From: Candidatus Omnitrophota bacterium
Lineage (GTDB): Bacteria > Omnitrophota > Gorgyraeia > Duberdicusellales > 4484-171
DNA length: 64,000 nucleotides
Direction: 5' to 3'
Assembly: GCA_046484225.1 (NCBI GenBank)
Contig: JAWOBO010000062.1
Span: 934 to 64,933, forward strand
Under the pieces are notes generated by a model that was not told the origin of the DNA, made no database searches, and saw only the letters and a list, made by a program, of their open reading frames with translations. Shown here piece after piece: positions 50,474 through 59,917 of the stretch (the first letter of the stretch is position 1; the number at the start of each line of letters is the position of its first letter). A program made the translations under genes and the position numbers.

Positions 50474-50935
50474 CTTCTGATCAAAAAGAAACCCCTTTAG
50501 CTCTTCTGTCTTAAACCCTTTCTTCAATCGATAGATAACAAAATAATGTAAAAAACCTTTAGCTTTTGCGCCATCAATATTATCAATCAACAAATGCAAA
50601 GCCCAAGAACTAGAAAATAGCTGCCAAAATAAAGAGTTGTAAAAAAAAGAAAGAAAAAGAAAAAGAAAAACCAACTCCCAGGAGTGAAGAAACAAATACA
50701 CGTTTTTCCTTTTCTTGTACGGAAAAATCAATATTTTCTTAAAGCTTATCTTCCTAACTTGAATTAAATAATCAATAATATGATCAGCATCTATTAATAT
50801 TCCACCTAATATTGCTGGCAAAATATAAAAAAACTCTCCGGTTTTAAAATAAGCAATTAAAAAAATTTCCAAGCTAATAATTAGATGAATAGTTAAATCC
50901 AAAATGATATTTACACTTCTTTTTAAAGAATACAT
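50468..50935 (-). CDS. Small polytopic membrane protein, DUF457/YdjM-like putative membrane-bound metal-dependent hydrolase
   Basis: 155 aa, 4 predicted TM segments, conserved His/Asp (IDADHIIDY, ALHLLIDNIDG). Confidence 0.4.
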   Translation of the reverse strand: MYSLKRSVNIILDLTIHLIISLEIFLIAYFKTGEFFYILPAILGGILIDADHIIDYLIQVRKISFKKILIFPYKKRKNVYLFLHSWELVFLFLFLSFFYNSLFWQLFSSSWALHLLIDNIDGAKAKGFLHYFVIYRLKKGFKTEELKGFLFDQKL

Positions 50936-50954
50936 GTTTTAATTTTAATAACGG

Positions 50955-52883
50955 TTAATAACGTTTTTTTATTTCAGCTTTGGAATAATAATGCTTTAAT
51001 ATCTGTTTATAGTTATAGCCCTCTTTGGCCATACCAATAGCTCCTTCCTGACAAAGGCCAGTTCCATGGCCAAAACCTGCACCCCAGAAGATAAGCATCT
51101 CAGTTTGACCACCTTTATTTTTTCTTAATTCAGCTAAAAAAGCGCTGCTCCGTAGACGGTCAAAAAAGTTTCTAATTGCCAAACCGCTTTCTAGATTTAC
51201 CAACTCATCTCCGACAGCAACATCCATTCTACTATAACGGAAACATTCTTTTTTAGCTTTAGGAATAATATTAGTTAAATTTTTTATATTAACCCCAAAT
51301 GCTATCTTAAAGTCTTCATCATCATAAATTCGCTGCCAACGGAATTTCGAACTTTTTGCAAAACAAAAAGTTTTAGGATATCCTAAAAACCATTGTTGCC
51401 TTTTATATGCCGATTGAGGCATTTTTTTATTTTCTGAATCTCGTCCTTTCGCTAAATACTGTTTTTGTCCAAAAATATCCGACGACAAACACCCGCCACA
51501 ATTAGAATGATAAAAAATTTCAGGAACTTCACCCTTATAGGAAATAATTCTGCCCCGGGTTTGATCAATCGCTTTTTTGGTAGATTTAGTTTCAGCTGAT
51601 AAACCGTGATAAACCTGACAATGGCTATCAGCGCAAAAATCAAAACCTTGGCCAATATGCCTTGCTTTATTCCTAATTGCCAGGCTTCGGGCTAAGACAG
51701 CTTGTGCCTTAAGAGCCTCTTTATCAGCATTAGCTGGAATCTCTGCAGCTAAAACCCCGTAAAGATACTCTTCAATAGTTACAACATTGACTAAATTAAT
51801 TTTATTATTCTTAAAAACTATTTCAAAGTTACCTCGATAAGCTCGATCTATCTTTTTGTGCCAAAAATCTCCAATCCCATAAACTACATCTAACACATAA
51901 AAAGGATAGTTTTCCCCCTTAACTGACTCAGGGATAAGTTCAACTGGTAATGAAAAAGTTTCATAGACTTTACCGGTTTTACGACTAGATAAAATAATCT
52001 TATTGTTTTTTAGCTGAAAATTATAAAAAATATCTGGCTTGCCTTCATAGACTAAATCTTTACCTTTAACTTTAAAGGCGGCTGGAGAAAAAAAAGAGAA
52101 TTCATCCAAACCAACTGCAACCCCTATCCGCACATAAGGAATATCTTTTTGCATCTGATAGGATTTTAGATCAACTTTTTGTCGTTTTTCAGCTTTTAGT
52201 TTTTTCCTTTTTACGAAGAAATCCTTGCCTAATCTCTTTTTTACTTTGATAAGCTCATCTTTTACTCTAGTTTGATCAGGATAAAAACTAAATCCTTTAG
52301 CTAAATAGCGATAAGCATCTTTATTTTTATCAATTTTTCTTAAACATTGACCGAGGTAATAATAAGCAACTCTTATACTTGAATCATAATTTATTAATTC
52401 TTTGAAAAAAACAACAGCTTTATTGTATTTTTTTTGTGCCCGGTAAATTTTAGCTAATCTAAAAAGACCAATACTATTTTTCTCTAATTTTAAAGATTTT
52501 TTATAAGCAGCGATGGCCGGCTTAAGGTGCCCTAGCTCTTCATTTATTAAGCCTAAATACAGATAATCAACCCAACTTTTATTAACCGCCCCATCTAACT
52601 TCTGGTAGGCTTTTTTATCTTCTCCTGTTAAATAAAAAAGTTTTGCCAGATATCCTAAAATATAACGGTTGTTTTGATTTTTAGAACTTTTAAGTATTTC
52701 TATGGCTTTTTTATATTGAAAAGATTTTTTAAAAATAGTAGCAGTATCAAGGTAAGTTTCTGTCTGATTAAGTTTATCTTGTGATAAAACTGTTATCGGG
52801 AAGATAAGAATAGATATTAGTACTATTACAGTTTTTGAAAAAAAAATTATCTTCGTGTTCGGCCAACCACGGGAATTTTCCAT
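50955..52883 (-). CDS. TPR-repeat protein with a C-terminal SpoIID/LytB domain (peptidoglycan remodelling)
   Basis: N-terminal signal/TM segment, TPR-like repeats, C-terminal EEYLYGVLAAEIP...ALKAQAVLARS...CADSHCQVY motifs of the SpoIID/LytB family. Confidence 0.65.
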   Translation of the reverse strand: MENSRGWPNTKIIFFSKTVIVLISILIFPITVLSQDKLNQTETYLDTATIFKKSFQYKKAIEILKSSKNQNNRYILGYLAKLFYLTGEDKKAYQKLDGAVNKSWVDYLYLGLINEELGHLKPAIAAYKKSLKLEKNSIGLFRLAKIYRAQKKYNKAVVFFKELINYDSSIRVAYYYLGQCLRKIDKNKDAYRYLAKGFSFYPDQTRVKDELIKVKKRLGKDFFVKRKKLKAEKRQKVDLKSYQMQKDIPYVRIGVAVGLDEFSFFSPAAFKVKGKDLVYEGKPDIFYNFQLKNNKIILSSRKTGKVYETFSLPVELIPESVKGENYPFYVLDVVYGIGDFWHKKIDRAYRGNFEIVFKNNKINLVNVVTIEEYLYGVLAAEIPANADKEALKAQAVLARSLAIRNKARHIGQGFDFCADSHCQVYHGLSAETKSTKKAIDQTRGRIISYKGEVPEIFYHSNCGGCLSSDIFGQKQYLAKGRDSENKKMPQSAYKRQQWFLGYPKTFCFAKSSKFRWQRIYDDEDFKIAFGVNIKNLTNIIPKAKKECFRYSRMDVAVGDELVNLESGLAIRNFFDRLRSSAFLAELRKNKGGQTEMLIFWGAGFGHGTGLCQEGAIGMAKEGYNYKQILKHYYSKAEIKKRY

Positions 52884-53659
52884 TTTTTACTTAAATCTAA
52901 AAATTTTTCTTTATTTAAAATTATAGTTTTATCTTTTTCTAAAACTAAACAAGCCGCCCGAATCTTTTTGAGCAACTTTAAGGTTGAAATACCAACAACT
53001 GGAACATCAAAACGTAAATCCTGGGCTTCTTTGGCAAACTTTAATACCACTGCCCCTGAACCTGCTATCTTTGCACCTCTTTTTATGGTATTATCTGTTC
53101 CTTCCAGAGATTCTATAGCAACTACTGCATTATTCTTTACCACTAAAGTTTGTCCGATATCAATTTCAACAAATTTGGATATTTTATCTATTCCAAATTC
53201 AATATTTTTTTTAGTTGAATCGGATAAATTTAGGCCATTCATCAAGCCTTCTTTTGCTAAATCATCCTCTAGGTAAAGAGTAGAGTCTAGAAAGTTTATT
53301 CCCTCATTTTCTAGATAATTAATTATCACCTTAAAGATTTTATGCGGACAAAAATTTGTTTTTCTTCTAATTATTTTTTTTAGCTCATCATCCCAATTCT
53401 TTTCTCTAAAGATATTTAAAGGACTAATTTGGCCCACCATTATCCAATTTTCAATTTTTTGATTTTTTATTGCTTCTCTTAAATCTGCTAATTTACCAAC
53501 CCTTATCCACTGGCAACTATCGACATATTTGCAAAATTTAGAAGAAGTTTCCCCCTTAAAGCAAACTCCTGTTATTTTTGTAAAATTTTTTCTTTCAGAA
53601 ATTCTTTTTGCCAAAAGTAAAGGAAGGTTTTTACTTCCAGCGATAATGCCTATTTGCAT
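52847..53659 (-). CDS. lpxI: UDP-2,3-diacylglucosamine pyrophosphatase LpxI (DUF1009 family)
   Basis: MQIGIIAGSKNLPLLLAKRI N-terminus typical of LpxI; ~270 aa; immediately upstream of lpxA–lpxC/fabZ–lpxD. Confidence 0.6.
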   Translation of the reverse strand: MQIGIIAGSKNLPLLLAKRISERKNFTKITGVCFKGETSSKFCKYVDSCQWIRVGKLADLREAIKNQKIENWIMVGQISPLNIFREKNWDDELKKIIRRKTNFCPHKIFKVIINYLENEGINFLDSTLYLEDDLAKEGLMNGLNLSDSTKKNIEFGIDKISKFVEIDIGQTLVVKNNAVVAIESLEGTDNTIKRGAKIAGSGAVVLKFAKEAQDLRFDVPVVGISTLKLLKKIRAACLVLEKDKTIILNKEKFLDLSKKWKIPVVGRTRR

Positions 53660-53711
53660 ATAAATACCTTACAGATAGATCAAACTATTAAATAAACTAG
53701 GCTTATCTATC

Positions 53712-54491
53712 CTATCTTTTACCTATGCCTCGTTTTGAGCTTGATATAAAATCAAGTAAAATTTTTACTTGATCAATAGAACCAATTGTTTCATCTGTGA
53801 TTTTTTTTGCTTCATCAAAAGGGTGGTCGCTAAAGAAAAGTATCTTAAATGCCTTTCTTAAATCTTTTATTACCGAAGAAGAAAATTCTTTCCGCTTTAG
53901 GCCAATTGAATTTAGAGCTCTAACAATTGCTGGATGGCCATCACACATCGAATAGGGAGGAACATCTTGAACAACTTTAGAACATCCCCCGACTATAGAA
54001 TAATTTCCTAATCGACAAAACTGATGAATAGCCACCAGGCCACCCACCACAACATTATTGCCTACATCCACATAACCGGCCAAGGTAGCTCCATTGGCTA
54101 AAACATTTTCATCTCCAATAATACAATCATGGGCTATATGAGAATAAGCCATAATTAAGTTATTATTGCCGATTATAGTTTTAGCATCTTTTTCAGTTCC
54201 AGGATTAATAGTAACAAATTCTCTAATTTTGTTATTATCTCCTACCACTAAATAGCTCCTCTCCCCTTTATATTTTAGATCTTGAGGAATACTACCGACA
54301 ACGGCCTGAGAAAAAATATGACAGTTACAACCTACCTTAGTATCTCCTAAAACTTGCGCAAACGGTTCAATAATTGTCCCTTGGCCGATTTCAGCATCCT
54401 TAGATATGATTGCATAAGGACCAATCCTTACTCCTTCTGCTATTTTTGCCGAAGAATCTACTATAGCTCTAGAATCAATTTTCTGTTCCAT
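53712..54491 (-). CDS. lpxA: UDP-N-acetylglucosamine O-acyltransferase
   Basis: 259 aa, hexapeptide-repeat left-handed beta-helix, C-terminal helical domain. Confidence 0.9.
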   Translation of the reverse strand: MEQKIDSRAIVDSSAKIAEGVRIGPYAIISKDAEIGQGTIIEPFAQVLGDTKVGCNCHIFSQAVVGSIPQDLKYKGERSYLVVGDNNKIREFVTINPGTEKDAKTIIGNNNLIMAYSHIAHDCIIGDENVLANGATLAGYVDVGNNVVVGGLVAIHQFCRLGNYSIVGGCSKVVQDVPPYSMCDGHPAIVRALNSIGLKRKEFSSSVIKDLRKAFKILFFSDHPFDEAKKITDETIGSIDQVKILLDFISSSKRGIGKR

Positions 54492-54508
54492 TTTGCTTAA
54501 TTTTTTTT

Positions 54509-54554
54509 CTTCTTATCAGTGTTAATCTGTTATTTATCTGTGTCTATCTGTGCT
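54509..54554. promoter_or_regulatory. CTTCTTATCAGTGTTAATCTGT...ATCTGTG motif filling the lpxC/fabZ–lpxA spacer
   Basis: Same motif family as 34130-34156 and 30255-30333. Confidence 0.45.
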
Positions 54555-55862
54555 TCAAACTAATGAAAACATAAGCTCAGCTTCAGCTACTACCTTACCA
54601 GCCACTTTAGCCTTAGCTTCTACCTTACCAGTTCTGCTGCGGATTTTTTTTGTCCATACTTCCATTACCAATTGGTCTCCAGGTAAAACAGTCTTTCTAA
54701 ATTTTACTTTATCAGCTGCCATAAAATAAGCTAACTTTCCTCGATGCTCCGGACAAGCAAGCATGAGTACACCGCCCACTTGGGCCATAGCTTCAACCAA
54801 AAGTACCCCCGGCATAACTGGCTTCTCAGGAAAATGCCCTTGGAAAAAGTATTCATTCATGGTAACACTTTTAATCCCCACAGCTCTCCTGCCCTTATCT
54901 AGCTCAGCTATTTTATCTACTAAAAGGAAAGGGTAACGATGAGGAAGTATTTTCATTATCTCTTCGGTCCCAAGTTCTGTTTTTTCTGGGACATATCCAG
55001 ATCTCGATTGAACCCCAGCATTATTTATCTTTTGCTTGTGCCTGCATAACTTTTGAAGCAACTTCATGTTTAAAGAATGCCCGCTTCTTACTGCAATAAC
55101 ATGAGCTTTAATCGGCCCAGCCAGATAAAGATCACCTACCAAATCTAATATTTTATGCTTTATGAATTCATCAGGGAATCTTAACTGGTTATCTATAACC
55201 CCCTGGTCTGAAACAACCAAAGTATTTTTGTAATCTGCTCCCTTGCCCAAACCTATTTTAAGCAAATTATCTACTTCATTTTGGAGACAAAATGTTCTAG
55301 CTTGGTAAAGATTATCTAAACTGCCTTCATTTAAAGTTATATCAGTAAAACCAGAACCAATTTTTGAATTTTTATAGTCAAGGCCGTAAGAAATACGAAA
55401 TTCTTGGGAAGGCAAAAGTACAATTGAACTATCACCTTCTTCCAACCATAAGGGTTCTTTAATTGCCAAGATATCTCTGCTACCTTCTTGTTGGACCAAA
55501 CCTACTTCTTTTATTTTCTCTACAAACTCCTTAGCGCTTCCGTCTAGTCCCGGTATCTCACTGCCCCATATATTAATTTGGATATTATCAACACCTAAAA
55601 GCGCCAGGGAAGCCATAAGATGCTCTATAGTTTGAATATAATTATCTCCTGATCCAATAGAAGTTCGACGGGGAAATTTATTAAAATCGCTAATTGAATT
55701 AAAATCTCCTTTAATTAAACTAGGTGGATCAGCGTCTTGTTTGATAAATACAATCCCGGTACCCACCGGTGCGGGCAAAAATTCAAGCTTTGCAACTTCT
55801 CCGGTATGGAGCCCTTTGCCTTCCAAGCAAAATTTATTTTTGATAGTTTTTTGTTTACTCAT
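54555..55862 (-). CDS. lpxC-fabZ: Bifunctional UDP-3-O-acyl-GlcNAc deacetylase / 3-hydroxyacyl-ACP dehydratase (LpxC–FabZ fusion)
   Basis: N-terminal [35 protein letters not shown] (LpxC); C-terminal [13 protein letters not shown]...[13 protein letters not shown] (FabZ hot-dog). Confidence 0.9.
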   Translation of the reverse strand: MSKQKTIKNKFCLEGKGLHTGEVAKLEFLPAPVGTGIVFIKQDADPPSLIKGDFNSISDFNKFPRRTSIGSGDNYIQTIEHLMASLALLGVDNIQINIWGSEIPGLDGSAKEFVEKIKEVGLVQQEGSRDILAIKEPLWLEEGDSSIVLLPSQEFRISYGLDYKNSKIGSGFTDITLNEGSLDNLYQARTFCLQNEVDNLLKIGLGKGADYKNTLVVSDQGVIDNQLRFPDEFIKHKILDLVGDLYLAGPIKAHVIAVRSGHSLNMKLLQKLCRHKQKINNAGVQSRSGYVPEKTELGTEEIMKILPHRYPFLLVDKIAELDKGRRAVGIKSVTMNEYFFQGHFPEKPVMPGVLLVEAMAQVGGVLMLACPEHRGKLAYFMAADKVKFRKTVLPGDQLVMEVWTKKIRSRTGKVEAKAKVAGKVVAEAELMFSLV

Positions 55863-56889
55863 TTTCTTTGCTCTCTTCTAATGATTTTATTTTATTCTCT
55901 AGCTCTTTAACTTTCTTAGTAAGCTCAGGCAGCCTTTGAATACAGGCATTAATTTTAGCAGCCTGTCGATGAGGCTTTGCCGGATAGCCTGAAACTTTAG
56001 TTTTAGCAGCAACAGACTTAGTCACCCCGGCCTGAGCCGCAACGATAGCCTTTTTGCCAATTTTAATATGACCCACAATACCGGCCTGGCCGGCTAAAAT
56101 AGCACTATCCTCTATAACTGTGCTCCCTGATATACCTACTTGAGCTATAATAACGCAATCTTTGCCGACTACAACATTATGAGCAATCTGGACTAAATTA
56201 TCAATTTTTGTACCTTCACCAATAATTGTTTTATCAAAGCGAGCCCGATCAATAGTAACATTAGCCCCAATCTCAACATTATCTTCAATTTTAACTATTC
56301 CAACTTGGGGAATTTTTTTTCTGGAGCCATCACTAAGCTCAAAACCAAAGCCATCACTGCCAATAACTGTTCCCGAATGGACTATCACATTATTGCCAAT
56401 CTCTGTTTTTTCTCGAATAGTAGTATTTGGATAGATCAAACATTTTTTTCCAATCTTTGCTTTATGGCCAATAAAACAACCGCCATAGATGATTGAACCT
56501 TCTGCCACCTCTGCCCCTTCTTCGATAAAAGTAAAAGGACCTACAGAAACAGAAGGTGCTATCTTTGCTCCTTTGTCTATAATTGAATCTGAACTTATTC
56601 CTTGAGGGTGCCTACGGCTTTGGCCCACAACTAAATCAACTACCTTCGCAAAAGCAACGGATGGATTATCAGTTTTAATCAACGGCCGAGACGAAGAAAC
56701 ATCCCGTGAAGTAATAATAGCAGCAGCTTCAGTAGAGTCTAATAAAGAAGAATATCTAGGGTTAGCTAAAAAAGTTATATCACCCGGCCCAGCTTCTTTT
56801 ATCCCTGATATGCCGGTAATAACAATTTCTGGATCACCCGAAAGCTCTCCCCCTACTGTTTCACTTATCTCTGAAAGCTTATAATTCAT
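55855..56889 (-). CDS. lpxD: UDP-3-O-acylglucosamine N-acyltransferase with a short C-terminal coiled-coil
   Basis: 344 aa; N-terminal LpxD domain; hexapeptide repeats. Confidence 0.9.
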   Translation of the reverse strand: MNYKLSEISETVGGELSGDPEIVITGISGIKEAGPGDITFLANPRYSSLLDSTEAAAIITSRDVSSSRPLIKTDNPSVAFAKVVDLVVGQSRRHPQGISSDSIIDKGAKIAPSVSVGPFTFIEEGAEVAEGSIIYGGCFIGHKAKIGKKCLIYPNTTIREKTEIGNNVIVHSGTVIGSDGFGFELSDGSRKKIPQVGIVKIEDNVEIGANVTIDRARFDKTIIGEGTKIDNLVQIAHNVVVGKDCVIIAQVGISGSTVIEDSAILAGQAGIVGHIKIGKKAIVAAQAGVTKSVAAKTKVSGYPAKPHRQAAKINACIQRLPELTKKVKELENKIKSLEESKENE

Positions 56890-56936
56890 CTATTTTTAAC
56901 AGTTTTGATTAGCTTAATTTGTAAAAATTAGCTACT

Positions 56937-57440
56937 TTATCTATATTTCTTATTAATAATTTTAAGAATTTTGTTGGTTAAATCTTTGCTTTTTGCCCCG
57001 TATAAAACGCTATTACCATTAACAATCAAATCGTAGTTATTTTTTTTCGCATAATCTTCAACTGTCTGCTCAATATCAGCTATAATATCTTTCATCATCT
57101 CATCTCTTTCTTTTTTAATATCTGTAAGCTCTTTTTGGCGCATATCTCTATATTCTTGCATTTTTTTCTGCAATTTAGCTTCTTCTGCTTTTTTCTTGCC
57201 TTCTTTTAATACTTCTAACTTACTTTGTATATTTTGTATCTCTTTTTCTTTTGCTTCTAACCCTTCTTTAACTTTTTCTTTTTTTTCTTCTAGCTGTTTA
57301 TCCTGTTCTTTTGTTCTTTGATATTCGTTGAAAACTTCAATTGTATTAACATAGCCAATATTCAAATCTTTAGCAAAACCACAGACACTAAAACTAAGAA
57401 CAACTACTGCCGCTACAATAATCCCCAAAAACTTTCTCAT
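56937..57440 (-). CDS. skp: Periplasmic chaperone Skp (OmpH)
   Basis: 167 aa, signal peptide, coiled-coil-rich; between bamA and lpxD. Confidence 0.85.
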   Translation of the reverse strand: MRKFLGIIVAAVVVLSFSVCGFAKDLNIGYVNTIEVFNEYQRTKEQDKQLEEKKEKVKEGLEAKEKEIQNIQSKLEVLKEGKKKAEEAKLQKKMQEYRDMRQKELTDIKKERDEMMKDIIADIEQTVEDYAKKNNYDLIVNGNSVLYGAKSKDLTNKILKIINKKYR

Positions 57441-57482
57441 CGCAAACCTCCATTAATTAACTTATTAATAAAATAATCTTTA

Positions 57483-57502
57483 GGGCAGGGCATGCCCTGC
57501 CC
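57483..57502 (-). terminator. Perfect 20-bp GC-rich palindrome (GGGCAGGGCATGCCCTGCCC) followed on the mRNA strand by a U-rich tract, 40 nt upstream of the skp start. Candidate intrinsic terminator/attenuator after bamA.
   Basis: Read directly; on the minus strand the hairpin is followed by TAAAGATTATTTTATT. Confidence 0.5.
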
Positions 57503-57518
57503 CTACTCCATTCTTATT

Positions 57519-57560
57519 CATTCGTATATTCGTAATTGATTCGTACATTCGTTGATTAAC
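57519..57560. promoter_or_regulatory. ATTCGTATATTCGTAA...ATTCGTTGAT motif downstream of bamA / upstream of skp
   Basis: Shared with 62433-62516 (upstream of ssb). Confidence 0.45.
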
Positions 57561-57568
57561 CTTTATCC

Positions 57569-59908
57569 CTAGAAGCCTCTACTTACGCTAAAATGGAATC
57601 TTCCTTCTTTACCATCCTCACCCGGTTCTTCATCAAGCGGCCAGCCATAATCAACACTTACTGGGCCAATTGGAGTTTTAACTCTCAAACCGATACCTAT
57701 GCTAGAATAAAATGCTTCCCTCTCTTCTCCGTCTTCAGTTTTTTCGGTTTGAAAAAAGTCGCTATTTTTTGCCCAGACATTACCAACATCATAAAAGGTG
57801 GCAACTTTTAAAAAATCAGCTAGGGGATAAGTATATTCAATATTAGCCACAAATAAAGCTTCCCCGCCCAGTGGGTCATCGTTACTGTCTATAGGACCAA
57901 CCTTTCTTTCATGATAACCTCTGATAGTGGAAGCACCGCCGGCAAAAAATCTTTCATAAATTGGAACATCATCTGTATCAGAAAAGGGGTCGGCAAACCC
58001 AACCCTAAACCGAGTCTCAACTACTGAATCATTAAAGGTTGGAAAATAAAGGCTTAATCTACTATTATATTTGGTAAAATCTTTATCTCCGCCTAAAAAG
58101 CTTCCGGTTAACTGAGCAGAGTTAGAAAAATAAATACCTGTCCGCGGTGAAAAAACATTATCTCTACTGTCATAAGTCAAAGAAAATTCAACGCTACTTA
58201 AATTATTACTGCCATCTTCATCTTGTATAGACTCACTGGCATCTTCGGTATCGCTAATATCTACATTATCAAATCGATAAGCAACTCGTCCGCTAAAATC
58301 ATCGGTAAATCTTCTTCCTAAACGCAACGCGCCGCCGGTTATATCTTCAGAATAAGCATAACCTACATCATCATCCTGGTCGTGGCCTTTTTTGTAGGCA
58401 TCAAAACCAAAGGATACCGGCTTGTCAAAAATCCAAGGATTAGTAAAACTTAACTGGTAACGGCTGGTAAGTGTTCCCAAACTAGCCTTTAAACTCAAAT
58501 CTTGGCCGGCACCGGTAAAAGTCTGCCAATTTTGATAGTCAAAGTTTCTCTGGCGCAGCTCAACAAACCCAATAAATTCTTCAATGGAGCTATATCCTCC
58601 TCCGAAACTAAAATAACCAGTTTTTGCTTCGGTTACATCTACGACTAAATTTACCTTATCCTCTTCTGAACCGGGTTCAGTTTTAAATCTTATATCTTCA
58701 AAGAATCCTAAGTTTTCTAAATCCTGTTTACTTTCTCGCATCTTTTTACCATCAAACTTTTGGCCCGGATAAACTTTCAACTCCCTTCTTATAACTTCAC
58801 CTTTTGTTTTCTCGTTGCCTTTTATCTGGATGTCTTCGACATAAGCAATATGGCTTTCAGTTATCTGATAGGTTACATCAATCTTTTTTGTATCCGGATT
58901 TAAAACGCTAACTGGTTCGGCTTGAGCAAAAATATAACCATTGTCTACATACAACTGCCTAATTTGAGACGATCCTTGATAGACTGCTTCCTTACTAAAA
59001 ACATCTCCTTTTGAAATTGTTAATTTTTTGCGAATTTTAGCAGCATCAAACTCTTCATTGCCGGAAATATTAATTTGTCCTATGTGATATTTTTTTCCTT
59101 CGTTTATTACTAATTTTATATAAACACCTTTTTTTTCAAAATCGACTTCCGAATCAACAGATACATCGGTAAACCCATTATGTTGATAAAAACCTTTTAT
59201 CCTTTTCAAATCATCTTTAAACACATCCTCTTTAAATATTCCTTTATTAAACAACCAGGCTTTGCGTGTTTTCATCAACTTTTTAATTCGATTGTCAGAA
59301 AAACTCTTATTTCCTTCAATCTTAACAGATCTGACCTTAACTATGCCTTTTTCGACTATAGTAAACTTTATATCAACTTTTTGGTCTTGAACAGGTATTA
59401 ATTTATAGTTTATTACCGCTTGAGAAAAACCCTTTTTATCGTAAAGATCTTCTATTTTTTTAACTGCTTGTTTAAGCCGATATTCATCAACAAAGTTACC
59501 TTTACTTAACCCGCTTTCATCAATAATTTGTTTTTTTCTAATATATCTTTGTCCTTCAACGATTATTTCATTTATTACCTGTTTTTCTTTTACTTGAAAA
59601 ATCAATACTATCCCTTCATCTTCATCGTCCTTTTTAGTTTCTGTAGATACTTCTTGAAAAAATCCAGTCTGGTAAAGGTTTTTAATATCTTCATTAACTA
59701 TATTTTCATTAAAAGGCTGCCCAGCTTTGATTTTGAGTTCAGAAATTATTTTGGAGTCACTAACTAAATCATTACCTTCTATCTGAATTTGAGAAATTAC
59801 ATCTTGGGCATAGCCGGATAGAGAGATGATTAACAGGCCTAGAAAAACGAAAGAAAAAACTATTTTTCTCATAAAAAATATTATAGACAGTTTATTTTTC
59901 AAAGTCAA
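57569..59908 (-). CDS. bamA: Outer membrane protein assembly factor BamA (Omp85)
   Basis: 779 aa; signal peptide, five POTRA-like repeats, C-terminal beta-barrel ending in F. Confidence 0.9.
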   Translation of the reverse strand: MTLKNKLSIIFFMRKIVFSFVFLGLLIISLSGYAQDVISQIQIEGNDLVSDSKIISELKIKAGQPFNENIVNEDIKNLYQTGFFQEVSTETKKDDEDEGIVLIFQVKEKQVINEIIVEGQRYIRKKQIIDESGLSKGNFVDEYRLKQAVKKIEDLYDKKGFSQAVINYKLIPVQDQKVDIKFTIVEKGIVKVRSVKIEGNKSFSDNRIKKLMKTRKAWLFNKGIFKEDVFKDDLKRIKGFYQHNGFTDVSVDSEVDFEKKGVYIKLVINEGKKYHIGQINISGNEEFDAAKIRKKLTISKGDVFSKEAVYQGSSQIRQLYVDNGYIFAQAEPVSVLNPDTKKIDVTYQITESHIAYVEDIQIKGNEKTKGEVIRRELKVYPGQKFDGKKMRESKQDLENLGFFEDIRFKTEPGSEEDKVNLVVDVTEAKTGYFSFGGGYSSIEEFIGFVELRQRNFDYQNWQTFTGAGQDLSLKASLGTLTSRYQLSFTNPWIFDKPVSFGFDAYKKGHDQDDDVGYAYSEDITGGALRLGRRFTDDFSGRVAYRFDNVDISDTEDASESIQDEDGSNNLSSVEFSLTYDSRDNVFSPRTGIYFSNSAQLTGSFLGGDKDFTKYNSRLSLYFPTFNDSVVETRFRVGFADPFSDTDDVPIYERFFAGGASTIRGYHERKVGPIDSNDDPLGGEALFVANIEYTYPLADFLKVATFYDVGNVWAKNSDFFQTEKTEDGEEREAFYSSIGIGLRVKTPIGPVSVDYGWPLDEEPGEDGKEGRFHFSVSRGF

Positions 59909-59917
59909 ACCCTCCTT

